Part shown: positions 49,119-59,068 of the stretch, piece after piece
Layout: the number at the start of each line of letters is the position of its first letter
Position numbering within the stretch: position 1 is the stretch's first letter
Assembly: GCA_965233865.1 (NCBI GenBank)
Contig: OZ247587.1
Location: 1,344,001-1,408,000 of the forward strand
Direction of reading: 5' to 3'
DNA length: 64,000 nucleotides
From: Candidatus Neptunichlamydia sp.
GTDB taxonomy: Bacteria > Chlamydiota > Chlamydiia > Chlamydiales > Simkaniaceae
Program-made: the position numbers and the translations under genes
Notes under the pieces: generated by a model
Database searches by the model: none
What the model saw: the letters and a program-made list of their open reading frames with translations, nothing else
Told to the model about the DNA's origin: nothing

Positions 49119-49997
49119 GTTGATATAATTTAGTTATAGGCAATATTCTTTAAAAAGTTCATCTATTCCACATTGATATTTTCTTCGTTTAGATTTTTCT
49201 TGTGCCCATTTACGCTCAATAGGATTTAAATCTGGGGAATATGGGGGAAGATATTCCAAGATGTGGCCTGCAGCTTCGATCTTTTCTTGCATAGATTTGC
49301 TTTTATGAAACGATGAATTATCCATAACCAAAACGCTTTCAGAAGGAAGTTTCGGCATCAAGTTTTACTCTGCCCAACTGCTAAAGGCATCTGTATTAAT
49401 ATTACAATCAAACAGTGCAAGAGTAAGAAGGTTTGTTCCAAGTAACGCCCCTATTGCATTTGTCCTCCCTTTTGCTACCCAGTCATGGGTGCTGAAGCAC
49501 CTCTCTCCTATTTTTGAGTAACCATGTGTTCGGGGCATATCATGGGCAAACCCACTTTCATCGATGTATACAATCGGTTTTCCCAAGCATTCATACCTTG
49601 CAATCTTTTCTCTGAAGAGAGATCTCTTCTTTTTACAAGCCTTGGGATGGTTAAGTGTGTTTTTTATAGCTAATTCTTAGCCGCTTCATGGCACAACGAA
49701 CACCTGAAGGGCTTACATTGAGACGATATGCTCGTTCATAGTTGAAGGCATCAGGGTATTTTTTGATATCCTCCATCAAGCGATCTCTTTCAATCTTTAT
49801 TGCAGGTCTATTTTTAGTGCGCTTTGCCTCTAGCCTCTTAGACCAAAGAAATATGCTATTTACACTTACACCAAAACGTTTTGCTGTCTTGGCAAAACTT
49901 AAATTTTCTGTGCTTCGGATCAACAGTACTTTTTTTCTAAAATCTAATGAATACGTCATTCAAAAGAGTATAACTAAAACGAAATATTTTAGCTATA
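49110..49997 (-). mobile_element. IS630-family element, defective (coordinates include the flanking TA dinucleotides)
   Basis: Bipartite IRs tatagctaa-N10-tttagttata at both ends. HTH ORF MTYSLDFRKKV; DDE region YIDESG, VMDNSSFH, LPPYSPDLNPIE. Frameshift near 49660 and in-frame TAA at 49365. Confidence 0.92.
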
Positions 49998-50080
49998 TAT
50001 GAGTCTTATGAAGTCAAAGGCTACAGGCAGTAAAATTTCATTAATTATTTTAAAACTCTTCAGAGGCATCTAGGAGATGG

Positions 50081-50320
50081 TTTAAAATAAAAAATTGCAT
50101 ATTTTACGCCGATAGCTGGAAGGATTTTGCCAAAGTGCTCCCGAAAAATCGTCATATTATTGGGAAGGAGGGAACAGTTACTACCGAGAAGGATAATAGC
50201 GATACACGTCACCATTTAGGTCGAATGACAAGACGGACTAAATTGGTTTCTAGAAGTGAGAAAATGATCTATGGCGCATTCAGAATATGGTGTGTGTTAA
50301 CAACCCCTAAACTCTTCTAA
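50081..50320 (+). mobile_element. IS1-family transposase (InsB-like) C-terminal remnant
   Basis: FYADSW..FAKVLP..RHIIGK..T..EKDNSDTRHHLGRMTRRTK.VSRS. Confidence 0.75.
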
Positions 50321-52250
50321 GTTTAAGGGCTATGTCGGAGAGGGCTGCTCCTGAGAGGTCGCTGGGGCGGGTGAGGACCCCCCAAGGAGCTGAGGTTGTC
50401 CCGTCTAGGTAAGGACGCCAGGAATTCATAGGGCAAGCACGAGTCCCATCGGTACTAACTCGATAAAGGTCTAGCTCTAAGGAACTTGGGTTGACAGCGA
50501 AGGCAAAGAAATAATCAGCCCAGTTGGTATCGGCAAAAAGAAGGGGTTTGGGGGGGTGCAGCGACTGGAAAAGAAGATTATCAATGTCATCTTCTTTTTT
50601 AGGAGAGATCTCTAGTAAATAGGCTCGAAAGTCTGAAACCGATAAGGATTCCCTGTGTGGATAGAACTCACCCTGAATGACTTTGGAAGCAAGAAGTGTC
50701 TGCATTTCGCAATCAAGGCGAATAGTGTTATAATAGCTCTTTCCAGGGTCTATGACATGATCACGGATCCATGTATAAGTAAACCCTTTGTCAAGCCACC
50801 CTTCTTTGAAGGGGGATAAGCCGGGCTTGAGAAGAAATGCATGCGTTGGGGAATACATCAAGAGACTTGCTAGGGAATCAATCTCAAATGGTTTCGTTAC
50901 ATTGTAGGGGAGTGCCTTTAGAAGGTCGAGAAGGAACGTGAGAAGATCCGTCGGGTTTTCAATGGGTCGTTTTTCTTCTGAAAGAGCTCCCTCAATGCAG
51001 TAGTATCCTTTGAGGAGAGAGTGCATATTCCCTCCAGAGGTATAGCTCCAGGGCTTTTTTTCTTTAAGAGCAAAAGTAAGAAACTCTTTGGTTTGAATAA
51101 AGTGGATTATTTGAGTTGTAAGTGACTCTATCTCAGTAGCCCCATCATTCCACTCGCATGCTGAACAAACTTGAGATTCAACCGCTAGAAAAAATTGCCG
51201 CAAGGCGTCTATAAAATCGCTCTCTGTTTGAATCATTGTCCAAGCAGAAGGATCGCTCCTTCCGTGTTTGTAACAGAGGCGAAATCCTGCAGGGCTGTCT
51301 TCATAAAGCAGCTCATTGGTATGCTCGATATCTGCATCATAAATCTCAAGAAAGTAATTTTGAAATTGTTGCCCATATTGTTCGATAACAAAGGGGAAAA
51401 ACTGCGATAAGGATTGTGCTTTTTTGTGAAATTTATCGAGATCGTCTTTGCACCCCTGCGCGTGATGGGCTCGCACTTCGAGCTCTCCTTTTCGCATCCT
51501 CATACGATTGGGAGAATCGGCTTGTCGAAGAAGGGCCTGCGAAACACGCGTTTCATCAATTGAGCGCACATATTCCGAGTAGAGTTTTTCTACCTCTTCA
51601 TTTGCATTATCGAGTTTTTCTTGCAATATTGAGTAGATAAGCGCTCCGATGCCCCCCTTGTTCTTAGGGTCAAGACCAAGCGATTTATAGAGATTCCAGC
51701 TGCTAAAGGTCGTTTTGTAATCGGAAAAGGAAGCAAGTGTATATTCCCAAACACGGAGAAGGGGATGGTCACTAGACCTCTCTCCCCACTTGGGGCTGAT
51801 GGGAACAGAAAATTCTTGTCCAACAAATGTCCTTTTGAGCTGCCCAAGCATCATCAGATCATGAAGATCACGTAGAAGCCGCTCGGGTTGTTCTCTTTGA
51901 ATAAAAATTGCGGGGGCTGTCGCAAAACATGAGCCAATAACCTGTCTCAGAGGACAAAGAAGAGCGGAAACAACGCTTTCTTGAAGATGGGTGTTTTCCA
52001 ACTTTTGTTTATCAGGAAGCCCCAAACTGCGGCGAATCAATGTCTCAATATAAGGGCTCGCCACAGGGAGAGTGAACCGCTTGAGATGATTTTTTGCCTC
52101 TTTAGATTCTAGATAATGAAGGGCTCTTTCAAAATGTTTGTCCCAAAATGAATGCGAGGTAAACTCAATGTCTTCCTGATGAACAATTCTGCGAGCGAAA
52201 TCCCTTGATTGCTCGAGATTATGGTCTAGAAGAGAACTGTCAAGGGGCAT
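50307..52250 (-). CDS. Conserved chlamydial hypothetical protein with a candidate papain-like catalytic triad
   Basis: PLRQVIGSCFATAPA, SPTHAF, LLFADTNW. Start set at ATG 52250, overlapping the upstream stop. Confidence 0.8.
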   Translation of the reverse strand: MPLDSSLLDHNLEQSRDFARRIVHQEDIEFTSHSFWDKHFERALHYLESKEAKNHLKRFTLPVASPYIETLIRRSLGLPDKQKLENTHLQESVVSALLCPLRQVIGSCFATAPAIFIQREQPERLLRDLHDLMMLGQLKRTFVGQEFSVPISPKWGERSSDHPLLRVWEYTLASFSDYKTTFSSWNLYKSLGLDPKNKGGIGALIYSILQEKLDNANEEVEKLYSEYVRSIDETRVSQALLRQADSPNRMRMRKGELEVRAHHAQGCKDDLDKFHKKAQSLSQFFPFVIEQYGQQFQNYFLEIYDADIEHTNELLYEDSPAGFRLCYKHGRSDPSAWTMIQTESDFIDALRQFFLAVESQVCSACEWNDGATEIESLTTQIIHFIQTKEFLTFALKEKKPWSYTSGGNMHSLLKGYYCIEGALSEEKRPIENPTDLLTFLLDLLKALPYNVTKPFEIDSLASLLMYSPTHAFLLKPGLSPFKEGWLDKGFTYTWIRDHVIDPGKSYYNTIRLDCEMQTLLASKVIQGEFYPHRESLSVSDFRAYLLEISPKKEDDIDNLLFQSLHPPKPLLFADTNWADYFFAFAVNPSSLELDLYRVSTDGTRACPMNSWRPYLDGTTSAPWGVLTRPSDLSGAALSDIALKLRRV

Positions 52251-53277
52251 AGCGCTTCCAGAGAGGGAGAACCTTTTTAATATAAAGCATAAACTTCCAA
52301 AGACCCACACTATATTCCTTGTTGCCAAAAGGATCTTCAACTTTTTCAGGATAGGCAATTCCAAAACCAAAAAGACCAGGAGCAATGATCCCGTTCCTAT
52401 GATTACATTTTAACTTATGGTATTGGGGCGTTTCCGGAGAAGTTCGACAATCGAATCCAACGGTGTAGACGACCTTTGTACAAGAAGATATATATTTTTG
52501 AAAATCAGGATCTGATGAATGGCACCTCTCAAGCCTGTCAGGCCATTTCCCATCGATATTTTTCCGAGCCCAGATTGCAGCCGCTCCTTTAAGCCCTGTA
52601 TTATCGAATAGAATCCAATCATCCATATAAAGGGCATATTTAAGAGGGGAAAGATAGAAATTAATGATTTTTTTTGCTCCAGCATTTAGCAAATTTTTGA
52701 GCGCAATCATGGAAGAGTGTGAGGCTCCAAATACCGCTACAGTATCGTTTCCCAAATCTTCTTGGGCAATCTTTTCGTCATCTAAAGCAACTTCAATGGG
52801 AATTTCCTCAAAGGCGGGGAAATTCAGTTTTTTAGGAGTTGCACCCGTAGAAAGAATTACATTCTTTGAAAGAATCGCCTCACCATCCATCTCTACCTCC
52901 CACAGTTGGTTTCTTAGATTGAGAGTGGCCACCCTTTTTTCATAAGCATGCACAGCAACTTTGAGGTGATTGCAGATCCATTGAAGTGGGTCTGCTATTT
53001 CCCCAAGAAGACAAGTCGTTTCAGGATCAAGATGTTTCAGCTTATGGTCGGGAGCCATCCGGTATCGGAAAACAGCACACTCTTCCAGAAATTTTGTGAA
53101 GAGCTTTACCTTTGTATTGCTCGAAACCCGTCGCCACTTCTCCCCGAGGTCACCTACTTTAAACTTGGGATCAATCCAAGCAATGTCAAGAGGTTTAACA
53201 CCGCTGTCTACAAGTTTCCCCACAGCGGCAATTCCAGCAGGGCCCGCCCCAACAACTGTCCATTCAAATGCTTTCAT
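52240..53277 (-). CDS. FAD-dependent (pyridine nucleotide-disulfide-like) oxidoreductase
   Basis: VVGAGPAG, ILSTGA, second Rossmann motif VFGASHS, YTVGF. AAGGAG precedes ATG 53277. Confidence 0.85.
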   Translation of the reverse strand: MKAFEWTVVGAGPAGIAAVGKLVDSGVKPLDIAWIDPKFKVGDLGEKWRRVSSNTKVKLFTKFLEECAVFRYRMAPDHKLKHLDPETTCLLGEIADPLQWICNHLKVAVHAYEKRVATLNLRNQLWEVEMDGEAILSKNVILSTGATPKKLNFPAFEEIPIEVALDDEKIAQEDLGNDTVAVFGASHSSMIALKNLLNAGAKKIINFYLSPLKYALYMDDWILFDNTGLKGAAAIWARKNIDGKWPDRLERCHSSDPDFQKYISSCTKVVYTVGFDCRTSPETPQYHKLKCNHRNGIIAPGLFGFGIAYPEKVEDPFGNKEYSVGLWKFMLYIKKVLPLWKRYAP

Positions 53278-53358
53278 CTCCTTAGTTGTAGCAATTTCTT
53301 TCCCTTTTTTACAATCTCTTGTAGACTCAGGAGGTAACATTAGTAAAAAAAGTTGTTC

Positions 53359-55278
53359 ATGAAAATGAAGTGCGATAACCAAGAACTCGAACTTCCCACA
53401 GGGAGTTCAGCCAAAGAATTGGCAGAAAAGATGAATCTTCGAGAACCTCACCAGGCTTTAGCGGTTTCTATAAACGGAAAACAGCTAGACCTAGATTCTC
53501 AGCTTTCTGACGGAGATGATGTCAAGCTGCTTGACTTTGAATCCGAGGAGGGAAAAGAGGTGTTTTGGCATACCTCTGCCCACGTGCTTGCCCAAGCTAT
53601 TCTGAGGATTTGGCCGAAAGCGGTGCCAACTATCGGTCCTCCAATTGAAAATGGATTTTACTACGACTTTGCAAATCTCGATGTTTCGGAGGGTGATTTT
53701 CCTCGAATTGAAAAAGAAATCAAAAAGATCCTGGGAGAAAACTTAAAGCCAAAGCGACACGAATTCCTCGGAAAAAAAGAAGCTTTTAAAGAATTTGATG
53801 ATAATCCTTACAAAAAAGAGCTGATCGAGGGATTTGAAGAGGGGAGTCTAATAACCGCATATAAGCAAGGCGAGTTTTTTGACCTTTGCCGCGGCCCTCA
53901 CCTTCCAAGCCTTGGAAAAATTAAAGCGTTTAAGCTTTTAAAAACCTCTGGTGCCTATTGGAGAGGCGACTCAAAAAACACCATGCTCACTCGGATTTAT
54001 GGAATCTCATTTCCTAGTCGAGAAGAGCTCAAGGCCTACATTAAAATGCTTGAAGAAGCAAAGAAGCGGGACCATCGCATACTTGGAGCGAAACTGGATC
54101 TCTTTTCATTCAAAGGAGAGGCTCCCGCAATGCCCTTTTTCCACAACCGCGGAGTGGCGGTATGGGATCATCTTGTGGATTATTGGAAAGAACTACATCT
54201 ACGCAATGGATACGAAATCATTAAAACACCTCAACTCATGACGCGCGAGCTATGGGAGCTTTCAGGACACTGGGAACATTACAAAGAGAACATGTTCACA
54301 GTAGAATTAGATAATGAGAGGGCCTACGCAATTAAACCGATGAACTGCCCTGGATGTATGCTTTACTTTAAAGGCCTCTCCCACAGTTATAGGGCACTCC
54401 CTTTGAGAATTGCTGAATTTGGTCATGTCCACCGCAGAGAACCCTCGGGCGCACTGAACGGCCTTTTTCGGGTGCAGAGCTTCCACCAAGACGATGCCCA
54501 TATTTTTATGCAACCAAGTCAAATTAAAGATGAGATCTTAGGTGTTCTCCATTTAGTGAAGGAGATCTATGAAACCTTTGACCTCCATTATACTTTCGAG
54601 CTCTCAACGCGCCCAGAAAAATCGATGGGAAGTGATGAAGATTGGAAGGTCACTACAGCAGGACTTCAAGAAGCTCTTGACGAGTGGGGTTCCGATTATA
54701 AAATTAATGAGGGGGATGGTGCTTTTTACGGACCAAAGATTGACCTCCATGTCCATGACGCCATTGGACGCCGTTGGCAGTGCGGAACCATTCAACTTGA
54801 CATGTCCCTCCCCGAAAAATTCAAACTGGAATACAAAGATAATGATGGAGAATTTAAGCGCCCTATCATGATTCACCGCGCAATTTTCGGATCGATTGAG
54901 CGGTTTTTAGGAATCCTTATCGAACACTTTGCTGGAAAGTTCCCCTTTTGGATGAGCCCTCTTCCTGTTCGCGTGATTCCGATTGCAGAGGCCCACACCG
55001 ATTATGCGCGGGATATCGCTCGGAAGATTCGAGAAGCTGGATTTCTTTGCGACTGCGACGAATCCTCGGAGTCATTGGGGAAAAGAGTCCGCAACGCTCA
55101 ACTTCTTAAGATAAACTACATGCTTACTGTTGGAGATCAAGAGGTCCAGAACAAATCCATTGCGCTCAGAACACGGGATAATGTTGTGCATAGAGAAATC
55201 AAGCTAGAAAATTTCCTAAAAAATTGCACAACCGAATATAAAGAGAGGAAACTGACCTCACCTTACCAGGAGGGCTAA
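53359..55278 (+). CDS. thrS: Threonine--tRNA ligase
   Basis: HTSAHVLA, DLCRGPH, KPMNCP, QDDAH, GAFYGPKID, QCGTIQLD, HRAIFGSIERF. Confidence 0.99.
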   Translation: MKMKCDNQELELPTGSSAKELAEKMNLREPHQALAVSINGKQLDLDSQLSDGDDVKLLDFESEEGKEVFWHTSAHVLAQAILRIWPKAVPTIGPPIENGFYYDFANLDVSEGDFPRIEKEIKKILGENLKPKRHEFLGKKEAFKEFDDNPYKKELIEGFEEGSLITAYKQGEFFDLCRGPHLPSLGKIKAFKLLKTSGAYWRGDSKNTMLTRIYGISFPSREELKAYIKMLEEAKKRDHRILGAKLDLFSFKGEAPAMPFFHNRGVAVWDHLVDYWKELHLRNGYEIIKTPQLMTRELWELSGHWEHYKENMFTVELDNERAYAIKPMNCPGCMLYFKGLSHSYRALPLRIAEFGHVHRREPSGALNGLFRVQSFHQDDAHIFMQPSQIKDEILGVLHLVKEIYETFDLHYTFELSTRPEKSMGSDEDWKVTTAGLQEALDEWGSDYKINEGDGAFYGPKIDLHVHDAIGRRWQCGTIQLDMSLPEKFKLEYKDNDGEFKRPIMIHRAIFGSIERFLGILIEHFAGKFPFWMSPLPVRVIPIAEAHTDYARDIARKIREAGFLCDCDESSESLGKRVRNAQLLKINYMLTVGDQEVQNKSIALRTRDNVVHREIKLENFLKNCTTEYKERKLTSPYQEG

Positions 55279-56078
55279 TGAAAATTATTTCTGTTTGTAG
55301 TTTCAAAGGAGGAACTGCAAAAACATCTATCTCCCTCAATCTGGGAGCCGCCATTGCCCGGTTTCATAATAAACGAGTCCTCATGATCGATTTTGATGCA
55401 CAAGCAAACCTCACAGCAGGCCTTGGTCTCGATCCTGATAGTCACGACAGTTTAGCAGCTGTTCTTCAAGATACCAAATCCATCCAAGAAATCATTGTTC
55501 ACACAGACCATCCTCAAGTAGATTTAATTCCTGCAGACACTTGGCTCGAAAGAGTGGAAGTCACAGGGGTTCTTTCTTCAGATCGCTATTCGCATGAGAA
55601 ACTGAAGAAAATTTTAGCTCCTCTTAAATACGACATTGCACTGATTGATACACCTCCCTCTCTTTGCTGGCTCACGGAGTCTTCTCTGATTGCTTGTGAC
55701 TTTGCTCTTGTTTGCGCAACGCCAGAATTTTACAGCATCAAAGGATTGCAACGCCTTTCATTCTTTATGCATTATATTTCCGAACGCCACCCCTTTGAAC
55801 TTTTAGGAGTTGCTCTTTCTTTTTGGAACATGCGTGGGAAAAACAACGAAGACTTTTTAAACGTTGTCGAAGATACATTCCCAGAAAAAGTGTTGCAGAC
55901 AAAAATTCGAAGAGATATCGCTGTTTCTGAGGCCTCAATTCATGGAAAGCCTGTTTTTGAGACCTCCCCAAAAAGTCGTGCAGCAGAAGATTACCGGAAG
56001 CTTACGCAAGAGTTATTAAACAAAATGGCCGCTTATGAAAACATGGAGCAGAAATGTCTAAATTCAACTCTCTCTTAA
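55278..56078 (+). CDS. parA: ParA-family ATPase (chromosomal pGP5-like)
   Basis: FKGGTAKT, IDFDAQANLT, IDTPPS. Confidence 0.93.
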   Translation: MKIISVCSFKGGTAKTSISLNLGAAIARFHNKRVLMIDFDAQANLTAGLGLDPDSHDSLAAVLQDTKSIQEIIVHTDHPQVDLIPADTWLERVEVTGVLSSDRYSHEKLKKILAPLKYDIALIDTPPSLCWLTESSLIACDFALVCATPEFYSIKGLQRLSFFMHYISERHPFELLGVALSFWNMRGKNNEDFLNVVEDTFPEKVLQTKIRRDIAVSEASIHGKPVFETSPKSRAAEDYRKLTQELLNKMAAYENMEQKCLNSTLS

Positions 56079-56791
56079 TGGGACGCTTTCGCAATCACCC
56101 TAAAAAAGAAAAAATGAACGAACTTGCTCAAAGAACCACTGAAAACGTCCCCGCAAATTTTGGTGGGGTATTTCAAGTTACGCCCATTAGCGAAACAGAA
56201 AAAATTTCCCTTCAAAATCTACTCGAAAAATATCAGACTGACGATACAGATGTCGCTGCTGATTTGCAATCACTCACAGATCTCACTTCAGAAGTCAAAG
56301 CAATCAGCAATCAGGCTGTTATTTTGCATGGTGAGCGCATAAAAAAAGCGCAGGTTCTTCTAAAGAAATATCGGGACGGCGCCTTTAGTAACTGGCTTCT
56401 CAAAACCTATGGCAACCGTCAAACACCTTATAACTTTATGCAATACTATGAGCTTTACAACTCTCTTCCTAAAAAATTGCAAGGGGTCGTAGATGAAATG
56501 CCTAGACAGGCAATTTACAGCCTTTCTAGCCGCTCTATTCCACACGAAAAGAAAGAAGCCTTCGTAGAAGAATATCAGGGCGAATCTAAAACTCAGCTTT
56601 TGGAGAAACTCAGAAGCTCTTATCCTCTAGCAAAAAAGGACAAGCGGGGGCCCAACAGAACAAAAGGTGTTTCAGAAAACCTGAGGCGTGCTGTCAAAGG
56701 GATCAAAGACGAACGGTTCATCCCAACAAAAGATGAAAGGCTGGAGATCAGTCACCTCATTGTTGAATTGACCGAACTGTTACTAAGATGA
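56054..56791 (+). CDS. CT583/pGP6-D family protein
   Basis: EVKAISNQAVILHGERIKKAQ, YGNRQTPYNFMQYYE, MPRQAIYSL. Directly follows parA, as in chlamydiae. Confidence 0.9.
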   Translation: MSKFNSLLMGRFRNHPKKEKMNELAQRTTENVPANFGGVFQVTPISETEKISLQNLLEKYQTDDTDVAADLQSLTDLTSEVKAISNQAVILHGERIKKAQVLLKKYRDGAFSNWLLKTYGNRQTPYNFMQYYELYNSLPKKLQGVVDEMPRQAIYSLSSRSIPHEKKEAFVEEYQGESKTQLLEKLRSSYPLAKKDKRGPNRTKGVSENLRRAVKGIKDERFIPTKDERLEISHLIVELTELLLR

Positions 56792-58212
56792 CCCTCTTTT
56801 ACGAATCCCCCCTTACTACTCGTTACGCCTCTTCAGAGATGAAAGAGACTTTCTCCTCTGCTTTTAAGTATCGAACGTGGAGAAAACTCTGGGTCGCCCT
56901 AGCGGAAGCTCAAAAGGAACTAGGCCTTCCAATTACCGACAGTCAAATCAACGAGATGCGCATTGCTGTAGACCAAATTGACTTTGCTAAAGTGCGTGTA
57001 TACGAAAAGCAGACGCGCCATGAAGTCATGGCACACATCTATGCATTTGGCGACACTTGTCCTCAAGCACGAGGCATTATACACATGGGAGCAACTAGCT
57101 CTTACGTTATGGATAACGGAGACCTTATTGCCCTAAAAACAGGGATGCAGCTACTCAAAGGAAAACTCATTCTTCTGATTGAAAGACTCAACCACCTCTC
57201 CCTTGAACAATCAAACACTCCATGTCTTGGCTATACTCACTTCCAACCCGCCCAAGCAACCACCTTTGGAAAACGCAGTAGCCTATGGCTTCAAGACTTT
57301 CTTGCAGACTTTAAAGACCTTCTTACCCTCATGGAAGATTTCCCTTTTCTTGGGTGCAAAGGGGCCATTGGAAGCCAAGGATCCTTTCTCTCTCTCTTTG
57401 AAGGAGACCACAAGAAAGTTATAAAACTCGATGATATGATCACCCAAAAAATGGGCTTTAACCGTTCTTTCATTATTTGTAGTCAAACCTTCCCTCGTAA
57501 GCAAGAACAGCGAATTCTTTCACTTTTGGCAAGCATTAGTGCAAGTGCACACAAATGTGCAACAGACCTCCGCCTTCTTTCCCACTTAGGGGAAGTCGAA
57601 GAACCCTTTAAAGAAACACAAGTCGGCTCAACAGCCATGCCCTACAAGCGAAACCCTATCTATTCTGAACGGGTATGCGGTCTTTCCCGCTTCGTGATGA
57701 ATATGTCTCACAATAGCATTGACAACGCTGCTCACCAATGGCTCGAACGCTCACTTGACGACTCATCCAATCGAAGACTGACAATTCCTGAAGCCTTCCT
57801 TGCCACAGATAGTGTGATCAACCTCCTTTACACAATTGTTTCTGGACTAAAAACCTTTCCAAAACTCATGGAAGCCCATTTAAATGAACACCTTCCCTAC
57901 ATCTCCATCGAAACCATCCTTGCTGCTGCTGTCTTAAAGGGAAGCAACAGACAAGAGGCCCACGAAACCCTCCGTAAACACACCTTTGAAGCCGCTAAAA
58001 AGAAAAAAGAAACCGGAGTGGCACCAGAGCTTCTCCCCTCCCTCTTAAAAGCTGTCAACCTCTCAGAAAAGGAAATGGAAGAGCTTCTTCAACTGAAAAA
58101 TCTCACGGGCCGTTCTCGTGAACAAGTTTTGGAGTTTTTAAAGCTCGAGGTAGAGCCCATCTTGGACAAATATCTTGATGTTGATACCCTAATCCCGAGC
58201 GTAGAGTTTTGA
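56788..58212 (+). CDS. purB: Adenylosuccinate lyase
   Basis: YESPLTTRYAS, RHEVMAH, IHMGATS, THFQPA, GSTAMPYKRNP, ERSLDDS. Confidence 0.96.
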   Translation: MTLFYESPLTTRYASSEMKETFSSAFKYRTWRKLWVALAEAQKELGLPITDSQINEMRIAVDQIDFAKVRVYEKQTRHEVMAHIYAFGDTCPQARGIIHMGATSSYVMDNGDLIALKTGMQLLKGKLILLIERLNHLSLEQSNTPCLGYTHFQPAQATTFGKRSSLWLQDFLADFKDLLTLMEDFPFLGCKGAIGSQGSFLSLFEGDHKKVIKLDDMITQKMGFNRSFIICSQTFPRKQEQRILSLLASISASAHKCATDLRLLSHLGEVEEPFKETQVGSTAMPYKRNPIYSERVCGLSRFVMNMSHNSIDNAAHQWLERSLDDSSNRRLTIPEAFLATDSVINLLYTIVSGLKTFPKLMEAHLNEHLPYISIETILAAAVLKGSNRQEAHETLRKHTFEAAKKKKETGVAPELLPSLLKAVNLSEKEMEELLQLKNLTGRSREQVLEFLKLEVEPILDKYLDVDTLIPSVEF

Positions 58213-58880
58213 GCTTCCCCACCATTGTTTGCTTTTATACCCCCAATACTGGGTACGAAAAAGAAGCCGAAGGTCTCATTGCCTCCTGCAAAAAATTTGA
58301 TCTTCCCTATTCTATCGATCCCATCCCTAACTTTGGAACGTGGGAGAAAAACTGTTGCTTCAAGCCCAAATATATCCTGAAAAAACTCATGGATTTGAAG
58401 CAACCGATTCTTTGGCTTGATGCCGACGCTCTCATCGTTCAAAAACCGACCCTTTTCGAAACGCTAGATGCCGACATCGCCCTCCGCATCGTTAGCGAGC
58501 TCCCCAATAACCATCAATCGAAAATGATCTCCGGCACCGTCTTTGTCAACAACACACCCGAGGCCCTCAAAATTCTTCAAGAGTGGGATCTGGAAACAGA
58601 AACTCTTCTCAAACAAGATCCTCACCTATGGGATCAGGTATCTCTCAGAAACGTTCTCCTTCGCTCTATCGCAAAAGTCTACCCGCTTGACAGTCGCTAC
58701 TACCAGATCTACAACAAAATTGAAGATGAAAAGACATTGCAAAAGGCGATCATCATCCACTTTCAAGCGTCCCGCACCCTCAAAAAAACGCTCAATCACG
58801 AGGTCGTCCCCTTCTGGGATGAAGCCACCTTCATTGCAGAAAAAAAACACCAAATTCTAACGACTCGATTGGGTGTATAA
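58209..58880 (+). CDS. Small GT-A (nucleotide-diphospho-sugar transferase-like) glycosyltransferase
   Basis: KPKYI, ILWLDADA (DxD), SGTVFV, WDQ, IIHFQASR. TTG start overlaps the purB stop. Confidence 0.8.
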   Translation: MSFPTIVCFYTPNTGYEKEAEGLIASCKKFDLPYSIDPIPNFGTWEKNCCFKPKYILKKLMDLKQPILWLDADALIVQKPTLFETLDADIALRIVSELPNNHQSKMISGTVFVNNTPEALKILQEWDLETETLLKQDPHLWDQVSLRNVLLRSIAKVYPLDSRYYQIYNKIEDEKTLQKAIIIHFQASRTLKKTLNHEVVPFWDEATFIAEKKHQILTTRLGV

Positions 58881-58966
58881 AAGAATTAAAAAACGGACAA
58901 CTCATTGCTAGTTTATTTTGCCACTAAATTGTATGAAACGCTTTATTTGATTGCAGATGGATTGTA

Positions 58967-59063
58967 TATAGCTAAAGCGACTTAAATTAGTTATTGTCAG
59001 TACTCCCTGAAAATCCTATCTATTCTATAGATGGTATAACTAAAACGAAATATTTTAGCTATA
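58967..59063. mobile_element. Miniature IS630-derived element (MITE), ~93 bp plus flanking TA
   Basis: 59034-59064 is identical to 49968-49998 over 31 bp. The other end, tatagctaa-N10-attagttat, mirrors the IS630 IR. No coding sequence. Confidence 0.85.
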
Positions 59064-59068
59064 TCAAC

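Noticed and set aside
57620..57660. PurB signature loop reads GST instead of GSS, suggesting inactivity
   Set aside because: The first Ser, the Lys and the catalytic His (THFQPA) are kept; Ser to Thr at the second position is conservative.
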